Virus genome (UHGV): UHGV-0191544
Origin: a virus
DNA length: 43,161 nucleotides
Strand: one strand, 5' to 3'
Below the pieces are notes generated by a model. That model did no database searches and was not told the DNA's origin. It worked only from the letters and a program-made list of their open reading frames with translations. Below are positions 39,710-43,161 of this stretch, piece by piece (position 1 is the first letter of the stretch; the number at the start of each line of letters is the position of its first letter). The position numbers and the translations under genes were made by a program.

Positions 39710-40864
39710 TCATATCTTTTCATCAAGCCAATCCGCCCACCACTGCATCATTTCTCTGCGCTTATCGAGATACTGAGCATGGTTGTAAATTCCACGCACA
39801 GAACCGCCGTTGGCATGTGCTAGTTGCACTTCAATAGCATCGGCGGGCCATTCGTGCTCGTTCATAATCGTGCTGAATTCATGCCTGAATCCGTGACCGC
39901 TTTCCAGACCCTCATAGCCAATTTGTTTGATCACAAGCAATACCGCGTTCTCGCAGATTGGCTTCTTCTTATCGTTGCGTCCGGCAAAAACAAACTCTGA
40001 TACTGGTTTAGTGATTGAGCTTAGCGTAGTGAGAAGTTCAACCACCTGGTCTGACATCGGGACCACATGAATTTTGCGTCCCTTCATCACACTGGCGTCG
40101 ATGGTGATAATCCTGTTTTCAAAATCGACGTTCTTCCATTGCATGGAGCGAAGCTCTTTCGTTCTGAGGGCTGTGTAGCGTAAAACTTTGGTCGCAATGA
40201 GCGATACGATGCTTCCTGAAAATGTTGCCAGTGCTTTGTTAAATGCCGGGATCTGGTCTGCAGGAAGAAACGGGAAGTTCTTCTTGCGGTATCCCTTCAT
40301 GGCGTCAGCAAGGTCAGGTGCCGGGTTATATTTAGCCCTGCCGGTGACAATAGCGTAACGGAAAACCTCGCCGCATCTTCTGCGTGCTTTGTTGGCTCGC
40401 TCCATTGCACCGCGATCTTCGAATCTGCGGATTACTTCCAGCAGTTGCATCGGCTCAATATCCTGAATCTCAAGACCGCCGATGATGGGTAAAATGTCGT
40501 CATCAAACATTTTGGCAAGTTCAGTCGCATATCCTACTGACCAGACTTGCTTCTTGTGCTCGTACCATTCCTTGTAAATGGCGCTAAAGGAATTGTTGTT
40601 AGACGAAGCCTTTTTCGCTTTTACCGGATCGATGCCAACCGAGATGTCTTTCCTCGCGGTCCATGCTTTATCTCTTGCCTCCTGCAAAGTCATTAGCGGA
40701 TATTTTCCTACGGTCAGGATTTTCTCCTTACCGTCAATCTTGTAGCGAAGCTGCCATACCTTTTTCCCGGATACAGGGACATAAAGGTACAGGCCATTAC
40801 CATCGAGAAGGCGGTATGGTTTTTCTTTCGGCTTTGCTGCTTCAATCTGCTTAACGGTGAGCAT
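39710..40864 (-). CDS. intS: Tyrosine integrase, P4/IntS type
   Basis: N-terminus LTVKQIEAAKPKEKPYRLLDGNGLYLYV typical of P4-family integrases; adjacent to tRNA; likely ATG at 40864. Confidence 0.9.
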   Translation of the reverse strand: MLTVKQIEAAKPKEKPYRLLDGNGLYLYVPVSGKKVWQLRYKIDGKEKILTVGKYPLMTLQEARDKAWTARKDISVGIDPVKAKKASSNNNSFSAIYKEWYEHKKQVWSVGYATELAKMFDDDILPIIGGLEIQDIEPMQLLEVIRRFEDRGAMERANKARRRCGEVFRYAIVTGRAKYNPAPDLADAMKGYRKKNFPFLPADQIPAFNKALATFSGSIVSLIATKVLRYTALRTKELRSMQWKNVDFENRIITIDASVMKGRKIHVVPMSDQVVELLTTLSSITKPVSEFVFAGRNDKKKPICENAVLLVIKQIGYEGLESGHGFRHEFSTIMNEHEWPADAIEVQLAHANGGSVRGIYNHAQYLDKRREMMQWWADWLDEKI

Positions 40865-40909
40865 GGGTAAAAATCCGGTGGGTAAAATTATTTTATCCAC
40901 TTTTTACCC
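40865..40909. promoter_or_regulatory. GGGTAAAA motif cluster (two direct, one inverted) at the integrase start; candidate arm sites
   Basis: Same 8-mer as at 868..887; approx coordinates. Confidence 0.35.
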
Positions 40910-41024
40910 GTCACGGAGTGCGGCTGTCAACGATCTGACGCGAACCATTACGAACTGTGAATCTGCGGAAGGCTTGATATTCAGGGAATTTTGCGGACTG
41001 GTACGGATGGGAGCGAACTGATAA

Positions 41025-41039
41025 ATGGTGTCCCCTGCA
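41025..41039. repeat. att core, right copy, forming the 3' end of the tRNA
   Basis: Exact 15-bp match to 794..808. Confidence 0.65.
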
Positions 41040-41099
41040 GGAATCGAACCTGCAATTAGCCCTTAGGAGGGGCTCGTTATATCCATTTAACTAAGAGGA
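41025..41099 (-). tRNA. argW: tRNA-Arg (anticodon CCU)
   Basis: Reverse complement reads GTCCTCTTAGTTAAATGGATATAACGAGCCCCTCCTAAGGGCTAATTGCAGGTTCGATTCCTGCAGGGGACACCA. Confidence 0.9.
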
Positions 41100-41175
41100 C
41101 AATGCGGCATGAGTATACCCGCTAATGGACTGCGGGGTAAGTACGCTGCCGCTCGATTGCTTAAACCCTCGCCAT

Positions 41176-42108
41176 TTATGCTGGGTTTTTATCATTTTTC
41201 TTAATGTTTTCCGCACGTTCTGCTTTTTGGCGTGCTTCTGCTTTACGCTTGTTGCTCATGTCGTTACGAATCTGTGCATGACTCATTAACGCGAAGATAA
41301 AGGTGCCGCCGCAGATGTTCCCCGCTAAAGTAGGTAGTGCGAAGGGCCAGATGAAATCGCTCCAGTGCAGCGTGCCGTTAAACACCAGATAGAGGATTTC
41401 AACAGAACCGACAACGATGTGGGTGGTGTCACCCAGTGCAATAAGCCAGGTCATCAATATAATCACCACAATCTTTGCCGCACCCGCAGCAGGAAACATC
41501 CAAACCATAGTGGCGATCAGCCAGCCGGAAATGATCGCGTTGGCAAACATCTCGCTGGGGGTGTTCTTCATCACATCCATGCCGATTTTGACAAATGCAT
41601 CGCGAGTTTCTTCATTGAAGATAGGCATATATTCAAATGCCCATGCAGCAATACCTGTCCCGAGAATATTACCCAGCAGCACGACGCCCCATAATCGCAT
41701 AAGTAAGCCGACGTTGCTCATTGTCGGTTTTTGCATGACGGGTAGTACCGCAGTCACGGTGTTTTCGGTAAATAATTGCTGGCGGGCCATAATGACGATA
41801 ATAAAACCAAAGGTATAACCGAGATTCTCCAGTAAGAAGCTGCCTGGCACTCCTTCCAGTTCGACATGAAATATCCCTTTTGCCAGTAGCGAAGCGCCCA
41901 TCGACAGACCCGCCGCAATGGCTGACCACAGTAGCGCCATTGCGTCGCGTTCCAGCTCTTTTTCACCATCCTGGCGGATATGCTCATGAATTGCCATCGC
42001 CCGGGAGGGGAGTCGGTCTTCATCTATTTCTATTTTTTTGCCGCGCTCTTTTTCTTCGCTCTCAACTTCAATTTCGTCGCTGTGTTGATCAATTTTGTCG
42101 TTGTCCAT
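41176..42108 (-). CDS. yfdC: Formate/nitrite transporter-family inner membrane protein YfdC
   Basis: 310 aa; host gene next to argW in E. coli. Confidence 0.8.
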   Translation of the reverse strand: MDNDKIDQHSDEIEVESEEKERGKKIEIDEDRLPSRAMAIHEHIRQDGEKELERDAMALLWSAIAAGLSMGASLLAKGIFHVELEGVPGSFLLENLGYTFGFIIVIMARQQLFTENTVTAVLPVMQKPTMSNVGLLMRLWGVVLLGNILGTGIAAWAFEYMPIFNEETRDAFVKIGMDVMKNTPSEMFANAIISGWLIATMVWMFPAAGAAKIVVIILMTWLIALGDTTHIVVGSVEILYLVFNGTLHWSDFIWPFALPTLAGNICGGTFIFALMSHAQIRNDMSNKRKAEARQKAERAENIKKNDKNPA

Positions 42109-42401
42109 GGTCTCTTCTCTTGAATTAGCACGTATAGCTAAAGCGTAGCGGCTTTTTTGCTCGCAACTGGCGGGAGTTACTCTGAAAATGTAGAAAAGGC
42201 TGCGTTTGCCTTTTTCTGTTTCTATAGAATCAAGTAGCCTACAGGGCGGCGATTACCAGGCTATGATCAAATCAGCAAATCAGGGCGTCTGGACATCAGT
42301 TGACGTGCTGTTACAATCGCCCACACCTAAACAGGCGGATACGGTATCGTTCCGTCATGGATGGCAAACTGCATAAGCCATAAAAAAACAGGGAGACATT
42401 T

Positions 42402-43157
42402 ATGAAGCTTCGCCTGTCGGCGCTTGCTCTGGGAACTACGCTTCTGGTGGGGTGTGCGAGTTCCGGTACAGATCAGCAAGGGCGTTCTGACCCGTTAGAA
42501 GGGTTCAACCGCACCATGTACAACTTCAACTTCAATGTATTAGACCCGTATATTGTTCGACCGGTCGCTGTCGCCTGGCGTGATTATGTTCCGCAACCGG
42601 CGCGTAACGGTTTGAGCAACTTTACTGGCAACCTTGAAGAACCTGCGGTGATGGTTAACTACTTCTTGCAGGGCGACCCTTATCAGGGGATGGTCCACTT
42701 TACCCGCTTTTTCCTGAACACCATTTTGGGGATGGGCGGTTTTATTGATGTTGCAGGGATGGCGAACCCGAAACTGCAACGGACTGAACCTCACCGCTTC
42801 GGTAGTACGCTTGGTCATTATGGCGTGGGTTATGGGCCTTACGTCCAGTTACCGTTCTACGGTAGCTTCACGCTGCGTGATGACGGTGGTGATATGGCGG
42901 ATGGTCTTTACCCGGTTCTTTCCTGGCTGACCTGGCCGATGTCTGTGGGTAAATGGACGCTTGAAGGGATAGAAACTCGTGCGCAGTTGTTGGATTCCGA
43001 TGGTCTGCTGCGTCAGTCGTCCGATCCTTATATTATGGTGCGCGAAGCGTACTTCCAGCGTCATGATTTCATCGCTAATGGCGGCGAACTCAAACCGCAG
43101 GAAAATCCGAACGCGCAAGCGATTCAGGATGATTTAAAAGATATCGATTCTGAATAA
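42402..43157 (+). CDS. mlaA: Outer-membrane lipoprotein MlaA (VacJ)
   Basis: 251 aa; signal peptide with lipobox LLVGC; matches MlaA as recalled. Confidence 0.85.
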   Translation: MKLRLSALALGTTLLVGCASSGTDQQGRSDPLEGFNRTMYNFNFNVLDPYIVRPVAVAWRDYVPQPARNGLSNFTGNLEEPAVMVNYFLQGDPYQGMVHFTRFFLNTILGMGGFIDVAGMANPKLQRTEPHRFGSTLGHYGVGYGPYVQLPFYGSFTLRDDGGDMADGLYPVLSWLTWPMSVGKWTLEGIETRAQLLDSDGLLRQSSDPYIMVREAYFQRHDFIANGGELKPQENPNAQAIQDDLKDIDSE

Positions 43158-43161
43158 GAAA

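Larger units (their letters stand above)
794..41039. mobile_element. P22-like mosaic prophage integrated at tRNA-Arg, bounded by 15-bp direct repeats
   Basis: Integrase next to tRNA, excisionase at opposite end, full lambdoid early/late gene order, 15-bp repeat at both ends. Confidence 0.85.

Overview
The window is a complete, mosaic P22-like (Lederbergvirus-type) prophage of about 40.2 kb (roughly 794..41039) integrated into the 3' end of a tRNA-Arg(CCU) gene (argW-like), with host genes yfdC and mlaA on the right and a truncated host membrane-protein gene on the left. The prophage is bounded by a 15-bp direct repeat (TGGTGTCCCCTGCAG). Its integration module is KplE1/CPS-53-like: an IntS-type integrase sits next to the tRNA at the right end and the TorI-type excisionase sits at the far left end. 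Reading left to right: a leftward early operon (N, accessory genes, cIII, kil, RecT, Gp157-like, unknown ea-region genes, and a terminal 266-aa gene that may be TGT/DpdA-like); a lambda-like immunity region (cI plus a co-transcribed membrane protein, three AATAC-N5-GTATT operators on each side, cro, nutR, cII); replication (iteron-containing O-like initiator, DnaB-type helicase); a lambda-type nin region (NinB/E/F/H, KilAC antirepressor, YbcO, RusA); Q; a lambda-type S/R/Rz/Rz1 lysis cassette; Rha; then the P22 morphogenesis block (gp3 with pac site, gp2, portal, scaffold, coat, gp4, gp10, tail needle, gp14, gp7, gp20, gp16); a remodelled immI region (lipoprotein plus mnt, no arc/ant); and a tailspike with a conserved P22 head-binding domain but divergent receptor-binding part. 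No CRISPR array, no reverse transcriptase and no gtr/oac genes were seen. I could not identify one definite novel system. The best candidates are the cI-coupled membrane protein, the immediate-early accessory genes next to N, the possible DpdA-like gene, and the immI lipoprotein. All protein-family calls are from reading the translations against remembered sequences, with no searches run. CDS coordinates are tied to the ORF track; regulatory-site coordinates were read by eye and may be off by 1-2 bp.
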